Source: Rhodobiaceae bacterium
Lineage (GTDB): Bacteria > Pseudomonadota > Alphaproteobacteria > Rhizobiales > Tepidamorphaceae
Direction: 5' to 3'
DNA: 64,000 bases
NCBI GenBank assembly: GCA_020637985.1
Contig: JACKJK010000007.1
Coordinates: 99,112-163,111 of the forward strand
In this document: positions 1 through 10,789 of the stretch, one piece after another
Numbering within the stretch: the first letter of the stretch is position 1
Layout of the letters: each line of letters starts with the position of its first letter
Notes under the pieces: model-generated
The model's input: only the letters and a program-made list of their open reading frames with translations
Database searches by the model: none
Told to the model about the DNA's origin: nothing
Program-made: the position numbers and the translations under genes

Positions 1-745
<745 letters not shown>

Positions 746-759
746 GGCGGGCTGCATGA

Positions 760-853
760 CGCATATTCCCGAAAAGTTGCATACTTTTCGGACAAGGATA
801 TGCGGCTCAAGAGATAGGCAACAAGCATCTTCGGCTGTTCCCGGCGAGGATGC
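760..853. repeat. Two adjacent palindromes (REP/RIME-like intergenic element) between sufC and sufD
   Basis: 760-804 CGCATATT-C-CCGAAAAGT tgcat ACTTTTCGG-ACAA-GGATATGCG. 825-853 GCATCTTCG...CGAGGATGC. Confidence 0.6.
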
Positions 854-879
854 GAAGGCTGATAGAAGGCAAGGTAGGC

Positions 880-2103
880 ATGAACGTTCAGGTTCAGCGC
901 GTCGAGACGCCGGCGGAACTCAAGCTCGCGTCGCAGTTCGCCGAGCGCAAGGACGCATTGGTCGGCGCGGACACGCTCGGGGCCGGTCGCGCGGCGGCTT
1001 TTGCGCGTTTCGAGGCCGTCGGGCTGCCGCACCGGCGCGTCGAGGAATTCAAGTATACCGACATGCGCGCACGGCTGCGCGAGGTGGCGGACGCAGGCGA
1101 GACGCAGGTGACGCTGCCCGATGCGCAGGGCGGCGTCAGGGTGACGTCGCTTGCCGAAGCGCTGGCCAGCGACGGCGCGGCGATTGCGGAGCGCATTGCC
1201 GAGCGCTTCACCGGCTTTGACAGTCCGCTCCTTGACCTCAACGAGGCGTTCGCCAGCGCCGGCGCGGTGATCGACATCGCGGCGGGTGCGAACGTTGCCG
1301 AGCCGGTGCGCGCCGGATTCGCGCATCCCGCCGGCAAGCGCGGCGACAGCGTTGCGCTCTATTCGGTCGGCTCGGGCGCGTCGGTCACGCTCATCGAGAA
1401 GGCCGGATCGGCGGACGGGGGCGCTCAGGGCGGCCACGTCAGCCATGTCGATGTTGCCGACGGCGCAAAGGTCACCTTCATTCGCCACGTGGATGCTGGC
1501 GCGCAGGGCGTGCATTCGGGCGGCCTTGCGGTGACGGTTGGGGCGAACGCCACCTTCGACCTGCTGCTGGTGGTTTCGACCGGCGAACTGGTGCGCACCG
1601 ACATCGGATTGCGCTTCGTCGGCGGGGATGCGGTTGCCAACCTGCGCGGACTGCATCTTGCCGGCAGCACACGGCATGTCGACACGACGCTGTTCGTCGA
1701 TCATGCCGAGCCCGGCTGCGTCAGCCGCGAGCTGTTCAAGTCGGTACTCGACGACAGGGCGCGCAGCGTCTTCCAGGGCAAGATCCTGGTGCGCCAGAAG
1801 GCGCAGAAGACCGACGGCAAGATGATGGCGCAGGCGCTGATGCTGTCGGACGACGCGGAAGCCGATTCCAAGCCGGAGCTGGAAATCTATGCCGACGACG
1901 TGCAGTGCGGGCACGGCTCGACCACGGGCCGGGTTGACGACACGCTGCTGTTCTACCTGATGGCGCGTGGCATTCCGAAGCGCGAGGCGACGCGCATGCT
2001 CGTTTCGGCCTTTGCCGGCGAGGTCTTCGACGATCTCGACGAGGCGGTTGCCGAGGAATTTTCCGCGGTTGCCGAGGAATGGCTCGAACGCCACCTCGCC
2101 TGA
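880..2103 (+). CDS. sufD: Fe-S cluster assembly protein SufD
   Basis: GLPHRRVEEFKYTD, FQGKILV, KTDGKM, KPELEIYADDVQCGHG motifs. Lies between sufC and sufS. Confidence 0.95.
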   Translation: MNVQVQRVETPAELKLASQFAERKDALVGADTLGAGRAAAFARFEAVGLPHRRVEEFKYTDMRARLREVADAGETQVTLPDAQGGVRVTSLAEALASDGAAIAERIAERFTGFDSPLLDLNEAFASAGAVIDIAAGANVAEPVRAGFAHPAGKRGDSVALYSVGSGASVTLIEKAGSADGGAQGGHVSHVDVADGAKVTFIRHVDAGAQGVHSGGLAVTVGANATFDLLLVVSTGELVRTDIGLRFVGGDAVANLRGLHLAGSTRHVDTTLFVDHAEPGCVSRELFKSVLDDRARSVFQGKILVRQKAQKTDGKMMAQALMLSDDAEADSKPELEIYADDVQCGHGSTTGRVDDTLLFYLMARGIPKREATRMLVSAFAGEVFDDLDEAVAEEFSAVAEEWLERHLA

Positions 2104-2117
2104 AGGAGCGCGATGCA

Positions 2118-3347
2118 ATGGGCGCGAACGGGTACGACGTCGAGGCCGTCCGGCGGGATTTCCCGATCCTGTCGCGCGACGTCTACGGCAAGCCGCTGGT
2201 CTACCTCGACAACGGCGCCTCGGCGCAGAAGCCGCAGGCGATGATCGATGCGGTGACGCAGGCCTACAGCCACGAGTACGCCAACGTCCACCGTGGCCTG
2301 CACTACCTCTCGAATACCGCGACCGATCACTACGAGGCAGCGCGCGAGACCGTTCGCGATTTCCTCAATGCGGGCTCCGTAGACGAGATCATCTTCACGC
2401 GTTCGACGACGGAGGCGATCAACGCGGTCGCCTATTCGCTCGGTGTCGGCGAGATCGGCGAGGGCGACGAGATCGTGCTCTCCATCATGGAGCACCATTC
2501 CAACATCGTGCCCTGGCACTTCCTGCGCGAGCGCAAGGGCGCGGTGCTGAAGTGGGCGCCGGTGGGCGACGACGGATCGTTCGACTTCGAGGCGTTCGAG
2601 GCGCTGCTTTCGCCGCGCACGAAACTCGTCGCGATCACGCAGATGTCGAACGTGCTGGGCACGGTGGTGCCGGTCGGCGATGTGATCGGCGCAGCTCACG
2701 CGCGCGGCATCAAGGTACTGGTCGACGGGTCTCAGGCAGCCGTGCACATGCCGGTGGACGTCGCCGCGCTCGACGCCGACTTCTACTGCTTCACCGGGCA
2801 CAAGGTATACGGGCCATCCGGCATCGGCGTGCTGTACGGCAAGCGCGACCTGCTGGCGAAGATGCCGCCGTTCCTGGGCGGCGGCGAGATGATCCGCGAC
2901 GTGACCCAGGACATCGTCACCTATGCAGGGCCGCCGCACCGCTTCGAGGCCGGCACGCCGCCGATCGTGCAAGCCATTGGGCTTGCCGCCTCGCTCGCCT
3001 ACATGGATCGGTTGGGACGCGACAACATCGCAAGCCACGAGGAAGCCTTGCGCGCCTATGCGCACGAGCGGCTCGGGGCGATGAATTCGATCCGCATCTT
3101 CGGCACAGCGCCGGGGAAGGGCGCCATCGTCTCCTTCGAGATGTTCGGCGCGCACGCCCACGACGTGGCGACGGTTCTCGACCGCGAAGGCGTTGCGGTG
3201 CGGGCCGGCACGCACTGCGCGCAGCCGTTGCTGGAGCGCTTCGGCGTGACCTCGACTTGCCGCGCCTCCTTCGGTCTCTACAATACGCTGGAAGAGATCG
3301 ACGTGCTTGCGGGCGCGCTCGAAAAGGCGAAACGGATGTTCGCGTGA
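2118..3347 (+). CDS. sufS: Cysteine desulfurase SufS
   Basis: LVYLDNGASAQKP, PLP lysine motif TGHK, catalytic RAGTHCA. AAGGAG upstream. Confidence 0.97.
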   Translation: MGANGYDVEAVRRDFPILSRDVYGKPLVYLDNGASAQKPQAMIDAVTQAYSHEYANVHRGLHYLSNTATDHYEAARETVRDFLNAGSVDEIIFTRSTTEAINAVAYSLGVGEIGEGDEIVLSIMEHHSNIVPWHFLRERKGAVLKWAPVGDDGSFDFEAFEALLSPRTKLVAITQMSNVLGTVVPVGDVIGAAHARGIKVLVDGSQAAVHMPVDVAALDADFYCFTGHKVYGPSGIGVLYGKRDLLAKMPPFLGGGEMIRDVTQDIVTYAGPPHRFEAGTPPIVQAIGLAASLAYMDRLGRDNIASHEEALRAYAHERLGAMNSIRIFGTAPGKGAIVSFEMFGAHAHDVATVLDREGVAVRAGTHCAQPLLERFGVTSTCRASFGLYNTLEEIDVLAGALEKAKRMFA

Positions 3348-3748
3348 TGGAAGACAACCCGTATCTGATCGCTACAGGTGATGGCGGGGACGAGACCGCG
3401 GCCCCGGCGTCCTCGGCGTCCTCGTCGTTGCCGCAAGAGGAATTGACGCGGCTGACCGATGACATCATCGGGGCGCTGAAGACCGTCTACGATCCTGAAA
3501 TTCCCGTCGACATCTTCGAACTGGGACTGATCTACAAGATCGATGTCGACGACGACCGCAACATCAACATCGACATGACACTGACCGCGCCGGCGTGTCC
3601 GGTCGCCGGAGAGATGCCGATCTGGGTCGAGGATGCCGTCAACTCGGTGCAGGGCGTGGGGCAGGTTCGCGTCAACATGGTGTTCGACCCGCCCTGGGAC
3701 CCCAGCCGCATGAGCGACGAGGCGCGCGTTGCGCTCGACATGTTCTGA
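3347..3748 (+). CDS. sufT: SUF system Fe-S assembly protein SufT (DUF59/PaaD-like)
   Basis: VYDPEIPVDIFELGLIY, MTLTAPACPVA, FDPPWDP. C-terminal part of track ORF 1967..3748; start overlaps the sufS stop. Confidence 0.92.
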   Translation: MEDNPYLIATGDGGDETAAPASSASSSLPQEELTRLTDDIIGALKTVYDPEIPVDIFELGLIYKIDVDDDRNINIDMTLTAPACPVAGEMPIWVEDAVNSVQGVGQVRVNMVFDPPWDPSRMSDEARVALDMF

Positions 3749-3850
3749 TCGCGCTGGCTGCGGGTTTCATGGTGCCGTCGGGCGCCCAGATTCACACAAG
3801 GTTGGCGCCTGCGGGCGGCAATCGGGAAAACAAGCGTTTCGAGGGACCAC

Positions 3851-4219
3851 ATGACAGTCGCAGCGCGGCCCAGGCCGAAGGTGGTGACGCTCACGGATGC
3901 CGCGGCAAACCGTGTGCGCGAGATCATCGCGAACTCCGGCAAGGAGATCGCGGGCCTGCGCATCGGTGTGGCGAATGGCGGCTGCGCCGGCATGTCCTAC
4001 ACGATGGACTATGCGAACGCAGTGGAGCCGGGCGACGAGGTCGTCGAGGACAAGGGCGTCACCGTGCTGATCGACCCGAAAGCGGTGCTGTTTCTGCTCG
4101 GCACCGAGATGGACTACCAGACGACCAAGCTTTCCTCGGGGTTCGTGTTCAACAATCCGAACCAGACCGGGGCATGCGGCTGCGGGGAATCGGTATCGAT
4201 TTCACCGGCGCAGGGCTGA
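3851..4219 (+). CDS. sufA: A-type Fe-S carrier (SufA/IscA, HesB family)
   Basis: GGCAGMSY and C-terminal CGCGES motifs. Confidence 0.93.
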   Translation: MTVAARPRPKVVTLTDAAANRVREIIANSGKEIAGLRIGVANGGCAGMSYTMDYANAVEPGDEVVEDKGVTVLIDPKAVLFLLGTEMDYQTTKLSSGFVFNNPNQTGACGCGESVSISPAQG

Positions 4220-4315
4220 CGCCGGCATATTCACTGGACATGCGATGCCAGGCGCATCGCGCGGTGTCTTCATGCCGGTGAATGCGGTGTTGTGCGGTGG
4301 TGCCAGGGATCTCGC

Positions 4316-5383
4316 TCAGGCGACCTTGTCGAAATCCGCCTCGGACAGTTCGTCCTCTCCGGTAAGCCGGTTGCGGCCATCGCGCTTCGACTTGTACAGG
4401 GCGGCATCGGCGCGCGCGATTATCGAATCGGGCGTGTCGTTCTTCCGCATGACCGCGATGCCGAAGGACATCGTGATGCGACCCAGTGTTTCGCCGGTCG
4501 AGCGCTTGACGAGTTCCTTCTTCATGATCGCGATGCGAACCTGTTCGGCGACCACGCGCGCGGAATCGAATGATGCCTGCGGCAGGATGATGCCGAATTC
4601 CTCGCCACCGTAACGGGCGGCGATGTCGCGCCCCTTCACGGTCTGCTTTAGCGTCGCGCCGACCAGCTTGAGAACCTGGTCTCCGGTCTGGTGGCCATAG
4701 ACGTCATTGAAACGCTTGAAATGATCGATGTCGCACATGACAAGACAAAGGTCGGAGCCCTCGGCGATTTCCGACGAGATGAGCCGTTCCAGCGACTGGT
4801 CGAAATGCCGGCGGTTGGCGAGGCCGGTGAGCGGGTCGGTGATCGTCTCGGTGCGGACCGCCTCGAGATTTTCCTTCAGGTCGGAGATCTGACTGCGCGA
4901 TTCCTGAAGCTGCTTCTCCAGAGCGTTGTTGCGCTCTTCCATCTCGCGGGTGGCGAGCAGGACGCGCTTGACGACTGCACGGGCCTTGTCGGGCGAATCC
5001 GCGTCAGACAGCGAGTTTGCCGCCGTCGTCAACTGCTTGCCGTAGTCGCCGACGGAGCCGCTGCTTTCCTCGATGCGACCGAGCAGTTGGGAAATCTCCT
5101 CGGCCATCTTGTTGCTGACGTCGCCGAGCCGGTCGCTGAGATTTATTGGCGATACGAACTCGTCGTAGAACCGGTCGAGCATCGCATTGTCGATGGCGCC
5201 GTGCCGATCAAGGGCCGCATTGATGGCCTTGTTCAGCTCCCGGTTGTATCCAGCCGAGTAGGTGTACCAGAGTTCGTAGTTTCGGGGGTATGCGGGATTC
5301 TCGTTCTTTTTCAAGAACTTGATCGCATTCTCACCATAGCCGATCGTTCGGGTGAACTCGGCCTTGTCGGTTTTCGCCGCCAT
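4316..5383 (-). CDS. Soluble diguanylate cyclase (DgcB-like; coiled coil plus GGDEF)
   Basis: N-terminal PRNYELWY, DPLTGLANRR, DIDHFKRFND, RYGGEEF, ADAALY. Confidence 0.93.
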   Translation of the reverse strand: MAAKTDKAEFTRTIGYGENAIKFLKKNENPAYPRNYELWYTYSAGYNRELNKAINAALDRHGAIDNAMLDRFYDEFVSPINLSDRLGDVSNKMAEEISQLLGRIEESSGSVGDYGKQLTTAANSLSDADSPDKARAVVKRVLLATREMEERNNALEKQLQESRSQISDLKENLEAVRTETITDPLTGLANRRHFDQSLERLISSEIAEGSDLCLVMCDIDHFKRFNDVYGHQTGDQVLKLVGATLKQTVKGRDIAARYGGEEFGIILPQASFDSARVVAEQVRIAIMKKELVKRSTGETLGRITMSFGIAVMRKNDTPDSIIARADAALYKSKRDGRNRLTGEDELSEADFDKVA

Positions 5384-5494
5384 CAAATCTGGCCCTTTGC
5401 CAATGCGGTTGTGTCCGCAAATGTCTGCGCAAAAGTGCCATAGACCGTCTAATTTTCAGTTAATTGCCGCAACGGTATTCACAGGGGCTACGCG

Positions 5495-6934
5495 CTAGCC
5501 CTTTGCATGCCGCGTCGGGCGAAGCAGGAACGCCGGGACGTGATCTGCCTGGCCGAAGGTCGTTTCCGCGCGTTCGGCATCCGCATTCTGCTCGGATTTC
5601 CGCTTACCTTGCGGACGTTCGCGCACTGGTTGTGCGCCTTCATCGGGTGCCCGCTTGCGGGTATCCGAAGAACCGGGCGGATTTGCCGCAGGTTCCGAAT
5701 GTGGCTTGGGTCCGCGTGCTGGCTGCTCGCCGGTCTTCGAGCGCCCGGTTCGGCCGCGACGTCTGCGGCCAGCAGACGAATCGGATTTCTCCGATTCCGC
5801 CTGTTCAAAGGCATCGACGTTCCTGCGCTCGATGTTCACCCCGATGAGGTCCTCGATGCGCTGCAGGGACCCCAGGTCCTCGGGTGCGCACAGGGCCACG
5901 GCGACGCCTGCGCGACCAGCGCGCCCGGTGCGGCCGATGCGATGGACGTAGTCGTCGGGATGTACGGGCAGGTCGTAGTTGAAGACGTGGCTGACCTTCG
6001 GGATATCGAGACCACGGGCGGCGACGTCGCTGGCAACCAGGATCGGCACTTCGCCGGAGCGGAAGCTTTCCAGCATTGCCATGCGCTGGTGCTGGTCCAT
6101 GTCGCCGTGCAGGGCGCCGGCGTTGAAGCCATGCCGCTTCAGCGAATTGTGGACGGTGGCGACGTCGCGCTTGCGATTGCAGAAGACGATGGCGTTCGAG
6201 AGGTTCTCCGCGGCGCGGATCTGGTCGCGCAGGCAGGCACGCTTGTCCTTTGGCGAGCCGCCGCAGGCGACAACAGATTGCGCGACCGTCGCGGCGGTCG
6301 AGGCAGGACGCGCAACCTCGACGCGGACCGGATCGCGCAGGAACTGCGTCGTCAGCCGGGTGATCTCCGGCGCCATGGTGGCGGAGAAGAACAAGGTCTG
6401 GCGGCGGGCGGGGACGAGCTTGCAGATGCGTTCAATGTCGGGAATGAAACCCATGTCCAGCATGCGGTCGGCCTCGTCAATGACGAGGATCTCGACACCG
6501 GTCATCAGCAGCTTGCCGCGCTCGAAATGGTCGAGCAGGCGGCCGGGCGTGGCGATCAGCACGTCGGCGCCGCGATCGAGCTTCTTTTCCTGTTCGTCGA
6601 AGGACACGCCGCCGATGAGCAGGGCGACGGTCAGCTTGTGGTTGATGCCGTAGGTGTTGAAGTTCTGCTCGACCTGGGCTGCGAGCTCGCGGGTCGGTTC
6701 AAGGATGAGCGTGCGCGGCATGCGGGCGCGGGCACGGCCGGATTCGAGCCGTGTCAGCATCGGCAGGACGAAGGATGCGGTCTTTCCGGTTCCCGTCTGG
6801 GCGATGCCGATGACGTCGCGCTTGGCCAGGACTTCCGGAATGGCCTGGGCCTGGATCGGTGTCGGCTCGCTGTAGCCGGCCTTTTCGACGGCGGCGAGAA
6901 CGCGCTCGCTCAGCCCAAGATCAGTGAATTTCAT
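5495..6934 (-). CDS. DEAD-box RNA helicase (RhlE-like)
   Basis: Q motif, AQTGTGKT, PTRELA, DEAD, SAT, ARGLD, HRIGRTGR. Start taken at MKFTDLGL; alternative start 6952. Confidence 0.95.
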   Translation of the reverse strand: MKFTDLGLSERVLAAVEKAGYSEPTPIQAQAIPEVLAKRDVIGIAQTGTGKTASFVLPMLTRLESGRARARMPRTLILEPTRELAAQVEQNFNTYGINHKLTVALLIGGVSFDEQEKKLDRGADVLIATPGRLLDHFERGKLLMTGVEILVIDEADRMLDMGFIPDIERICKLVPARRQTLFFSATMAPEITRLTTQFLRDPVRVEVARPASTAATVAQSVVACGGSPKDKRACLRDQIRAAENLSNAIVFCNRKRDVATVHNSLKRHGFNAGALHGDMDQHQRMAMLESFRSGEVPILVASDVAARGLDIPKVSHVFNYDLPVHPDDYVHRIGRTGRAGRAGVAVALCAPEDLGSLQRIEDLIGVNIERRNVDAFEQAESEKSDSSAGRRRRGRTGRSKTGEQPARGPKPHSEPAANPPGSSDTRKRAPDEGAQPVRERPQGKRKSEQNADAERAETTFGQADHVPAFLLRPTRHAKG

Positions 6935-7330
6935 CAAGTTCGATTTCGTCATGTTGTCGACCGGCGTCGATGCCTGGTCGGGCGTCAGGATGTCCGGAAC
7001 GCGGTTCTTCGGAGATACGGCTCGGTTCCGAGCGACTCGAGTTTCGGATGGCGACGCGGCCAATGCGATATGCCGGAACTGCAATCGGGCGAGTACGCGA
7101 TCCGTTTTCCCGTTGCCCCGCAATTCGGGGTACGTGACCGGGATGTTGACACCGGGAATATGTAGAACAGTCAATGATGTCAAACAACTTCGCGCAAATG
7201 TGCCCCAAATCATGCCCGGTTGGTAAAAACAGGAGCTGTTTTGCGAGGCACGGGGCAAAAGCGGTGCGTGGCTCGCCTGGCGGATCGGTGCCGGTTATGA
7301 TGCCGCCACCATGGTGCCGGGGAGGCAGGA

Positions 7331-8026
7331 ATGAAGGATATCGTGTTCGTGCCGGGGCTGCTGTGCACGCAGGCGCTGTTCGCTCCCCAGATCGCGGCCC
7401 TGCCTGAAGGTTGGCGGGCGCAAGTCGCCGACCATCGCCGCGACGACAGCATGGAAATGATCGCGCGGCGGCTGCTCGACGATGCGCCGGAGCGCTTCGT
7501 GCTCGCCGGCCTGTCGATGGGTGGCTACATCGCCTACGAGGTGTTGCGGCAGGCGCCGCAGCGCGTGCGCGGCCTTGTCCTGATCGACACCAGCGCGCGC
7601 GCCGACCGCCCCGACCAGGTGGCAACCCGTGAGAGCCTGATCGAGCTGGCCCACAGCGAGGGCATCTCGGCGGTCGTCAACAGGCTCATCACGGTGTTCA
7701 TCGCCGAAAGCCGGCAGGGCGATGCCGAACTGACCGGGACGATCCGGGCGATGGCGGCGGAAACCGGCGTTGCGGCGTTCGAGCGCCAGCAACGGGCGAT
7801 CATGGGGCGCAGCGACGCCCTGGCGACGCTGGCGCGCGTTCACTGCCCGACGCTGGTGATGGTTGGCGACGAGGATGCGCTGACGCCGCCCAAGCTGGCA
7901 CATGAGATTGCCGATGCGGTGCCGGGCGCGCGGCTGAAGATCATCGAGGGCTGCGGCCACATCGCGACGCTGGAGCGTCCCGGTGCTGTCAACGAAGCGC
8001 TGAACGCCTTCCTGGCGCACATCTAG
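7331..8026 (+). CDS. Alpha/beta fold hydrolase
   Basis: GLSMGG nucleophile elbow, GDEDALTP, CGH. GGAGG RBS. Confidence 0.9.
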   Translation: MKDIVFVPGLLCTQALFAPQIAALPEGWRAQVADHRRDDSMEMIARRLLDDAPERFVLAGLSMGGYIAYEVLRQAPQRVRGLVLIDTSARADRPDQVATRESLIELAHSEGISAVVNRLITVFIAESRQGDAELTGTIRAMAAETGVAAFERQQRAIMGRSDALATLARVHCPTLVMVGDEDALTPPKLAHEIADAVPGARLKIIEGCGHIATLERPGAVNEALNAFLAHI

Positions 8027-8041
8027 GGCGAGGCTGCGAAT

Positions 8042-10114
8042 CTAGACGTCCAGTTCCTCGGCGAACTCGGCGCGCTCCTGGATGAAGCGGAAGCGGGCGT
8101 CCGAATTGGTGCCCATCAGGTCGGCAACGACGGTGCGGGTCTGTTCCAGTTCGTCCTCGGCGACCTCGACGCGCAGCAGCGTGCGCTTTGCCGGGTCCAT
8201 CGTCGTTTCCTTCAACTGGTGCGGCATCATCTCGCCGAGGCCCTTGAAGCGGCCGATCTCGATCTTGCCGCGGCCGTTGAACTCGCTCTTCAGCAGTTCG
8301 TCCTTGTGCAGGTCGTCACGGGCATAGAGCGTCTTGCCGCCCTGGCTGATGCGGTAGAGCGGCGGCACGGCGAGGAACAGGTGGCCGTTGTCGATCAGGC
8401 GCGGCATCTGCTTGTAGAAGAACGTGATCAGCAGAGACGCGATGTGGGCGCCGTCGACGTCGGCGTCGGTCATGACGATGATGCGTTCGTAGCGCAGGTC
8501 GTCGTCGCGGTAGTTGTTGGCGGTGCCGCAGCCGAGCGCCTGGATCAGGTCGGCGAGCTGCTGGTTGGCGGCCAGCTTGTCGCGCCCGGCACTGGCGACG
8601 TTGAGGATCTTGCCGCGTAGCGGCAGCACGGCCTGGGTGGCGCGGTTGCGCGCCTGCTTGGCCGAACCGCCGGCGGAATCGCCCTCGACGATGAACAGCT
8701 CGGTGCCTTCCTTGGAGTTCGCCGAACAGTCCGACAGCTTGCCGGGCAGGCGCAGCTTGCGCGTCGCCGTCTTGCGCTGGGTTTCGCGTTCCTGGCGCCG
8801 GCGCAGGCGCTCCTCGGCGCGCTCGACGACCCAGTCTAGCAGGCGGGTCGCCTGCTGCGGGCGCGCCGCCAGCCAGTGGTCGAAGGCGTCCTTGACTGCG
8901 TTCTCGACAATGCGCGAGGCCTCCGCCGTGGTCAGCCGTTCCTTGGTCTGGCCCTGGAACTCCGGCTCGCGCACGAAGACCGACAGCATGATGCCGGCGG
9001 ACGCCAGCACGTCGTCGCTGGTGACGAGGCCGAGCTTCTTGTTGCCGGTCAGTTCACCAAAGGCCTTCAATCCCTTGAGAAGGGCGAGGCGGAGTCCGGC
9101 GACATGGGTGCCGCCCTCGGGCGTGGGCACCGTGTTGCAGTAGGAATCGACGAAGCCGTCGCGCCCGCCGAACCAGCAGATCGCCCATTCGGCGCTGCCG
9201 CCGCCGGCCTGGCGTTCGCTCTTGCCATGGAAGAAATCGTCCGTGACCAGCGTCGCCTTGCCGACCTCGCTGGCGAGATAGTCCTTCAGCCCGTCGGGGA
9301 ACTTGAAGGTTTCCTGCGCCGGGATGTCGCTGCCGGCGACCAGTTCGGGGTCGCAGGACCAGCGGATCTCGACGCCGCCGAACAGGTACGCCTTGGAGCG
9401 GGCCATGCGGAACAGCCGAGCCGGCTTGAAGCGCGCGCCCTTGCCGAAGATCTCCGCGTCGGGATGGAAGCGAACGCGGGTGCCGCGCCGGTTCATCACG
9501 TCGCCGAGGAACTCGAGCTTGGTCGCGGGGCGGCCGCGCGAATAGAGCTGGCGGTAGAGCTTGCGACCGCGCGCCACCTCGACCTCGAGGTCGTCGGAGA
9601 GCGCATTCACGACCGAGACGCCGACGCCGTGCAGGCCGCCCGACGTTTCGTAGACCTTGGCGTTGAACTTTCCGCCGGCGTGCAGCGTCGTCATGATGAC
9701 TTCCAGCGCCGAACGGTCCTTGTACTTGGGGTGCGGGTCGACGGGGATGCCGCGTCCGTTGTCGGACACGCTCAGATAGCCGTCGGCGTCGAGATTCACC
9801 TCGATGACGCTGGCGTGGCCCGCGACGGCCTCGTCCATGGCGTTGTCGATGACCTCGGCGAAGAGGTGGTGCAGGGCCTTTTCGTCGGTGCCGCCGATGT
9901 ACATGCCGGGGCGACGGCGCACGGGCTCAAGTCCCTCCAGCACCTCGATGTCGGCGGCCGTGTAGGCGTCCTCGGCGCCGCCGGTGCCGGTTGCCGCGAG
10001 TTCGGACGCGTCGGCCTTGGCAACGGACGTCTTGCGCGCTGCGTCCTTGGCGACGGTCTTCAGTTTCGAGACGCTGTCTTCAAGCGCGGCAAAAAGGTCG
10101 TCGGAATCGCTCAT
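8042..10114 (-). CDS. parE: DNA topoisomerase IV subunit B
   Basis: EGLEPVRRRPGMYIG, GHKL ATPase motifs, EGDSAGGSAK, PLRGKILN, MTDADVDG, RFKGLGEM. Lacks the long GyrB insertion. Confidence 0.95.
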   Translation of the reverse strand: MSDSDDLFAALEDSVSKLKTVAKDAARKTSVAKADASELAATGTGGAEDAYTAADIEVLEGLEPVRRRPGMYIGGTDEKALHHLFAEVIDNAMDEAVAGHASVIEVNLDADGYLSVSDNGRGIPVDPHPKYKDRSALEVIMTTLHAGGKFNAKVYETSGGLHGVGVSVVNALSDDLEVEVARGRKLYRQLYSRGRPATKLEFLGDVMNRRGTRVRFHPDAEIFGKGARFKPARLFRMARSKAYLFGGVEIRWSCDPELVAGSDIPAQETFKFPDGLKDYLASEVGKATLVTDDFFHGKSERQAGGGSAEWAICWFGGRDGFVDSYCNTVPTPEGGTHVAGLRLALLKGLKAFGELTGNKKLGLVTSDDVLASAGIMLSVFVREPEFQGQTKERLTTAEASRIVENAVKDAFDHWLAARPQQATRLLDWVVERAEERLRRRQERETQRKTATRKLRLPGKLSDCSANSKEGTELFIVEGDSAGGSAKQARNRATQAVLPLRGKILNVASAGRDKLAANQQLADLIQALGCGTANNYRDDDLRYERIIVMTDADVDGAHIASLLITFFYKQMPRLIDNGHLFLAVPPLYRISQGGKTLYARDDLHKDELLKSEFNGRGKIEIGRFKGLGEMMPHQLKETTMDPAKRTLLRVEVAEDELEQTRTVVADLMGTNSDARFRFIQERAEFAEELDV

Positions 10115-10513
10115 GAACGCGGCGGGCCCCCGGCAAGGTCTGGCTGCAAGTCTGGTATCGAATCAAGGCGATTTTGGCATGCCCGACCTCTGGAGGCGAC
10201 TGCTTCGCGGCTGGATGGGAACAAGGGCCGCGGCAACGCAATGGCTGCGGCCCGAGTTTGCAGGAACATGGCGCAGGCTTGCCGGTCGGGGCCGGGAGGG
10301 CGGCAACCGGCAGGCCAACTGCCGCCCGCGGAGCGGCCACGAAGTGGCGGAAAACCGCCGTTTTCGAGGGAGGCTGCATTTTTGCGGAAAGAAATGTCGT
10401 GCGCACGACCGCTCGGTAACGATCATTTTACAGCCTTGGGGCGATAACGGTTGCCAAGGCCGATCGGGGGCGCGGCGTAATCAGTCCGGCGTAAATCGTA
10501 CCGACCCGTGCGT

Positions 10514-10684
10514 ATGGCCTTTGTCTTCCCACCTGCGCCGGAACGCGGGATTGGCTCCGGCATGGCAGACCCGACGGGAAATACCCGGCGCAGCCGCACG
10601 CAAGCGGCGCTCGAGCGCGCGCCGTGGCAGATGCCGTCCGGCCTGGCATTGCTCCTGCTGACAACACTGTTTCTCCTCGCCTGA
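10514..10684 (+). CDS. Candidate small protein (56 aa) with C-terminal hydrophobic tail; not in the ORF track
   Basis: Hand translation MAFVFPPAPERGIGSGMADPTGNTRRSRTQAALERAPWQMPSGLALLLLTTLFLLA*. Lies in an otherwise empty 675-bp gap. Confidence 0.35.
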   Translation: MAFVFPPAPERGIGSGMADPTGNTRRSRTQAALERAPWQMPSGLALLLLTTLFLLA

Positions 10685-10789
10685 GCCAGCAACCGGCTCG
10701 CACATGCATGTCGCGACGGTTATGATCGGGGGGCAGGGTGAGGCTCCCTGCGTTGCCTCCTTGACCATTTTGCAGGTGCGAGAAACCCC

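Noticed and set aside
1967-3748. 593-aa ORF overlapping sufS
   Set aside because: Only the part from 3347 (SufT) has recognisable motifs. The rest is an Arg/Ala-rich shadow frame.
4316-5383. GGDEF protein has KGRD rather than RxxD at the inhibitory site
   Set aside because: I-site degeneration is common among diguanylate cyclases and is not notable on its own.
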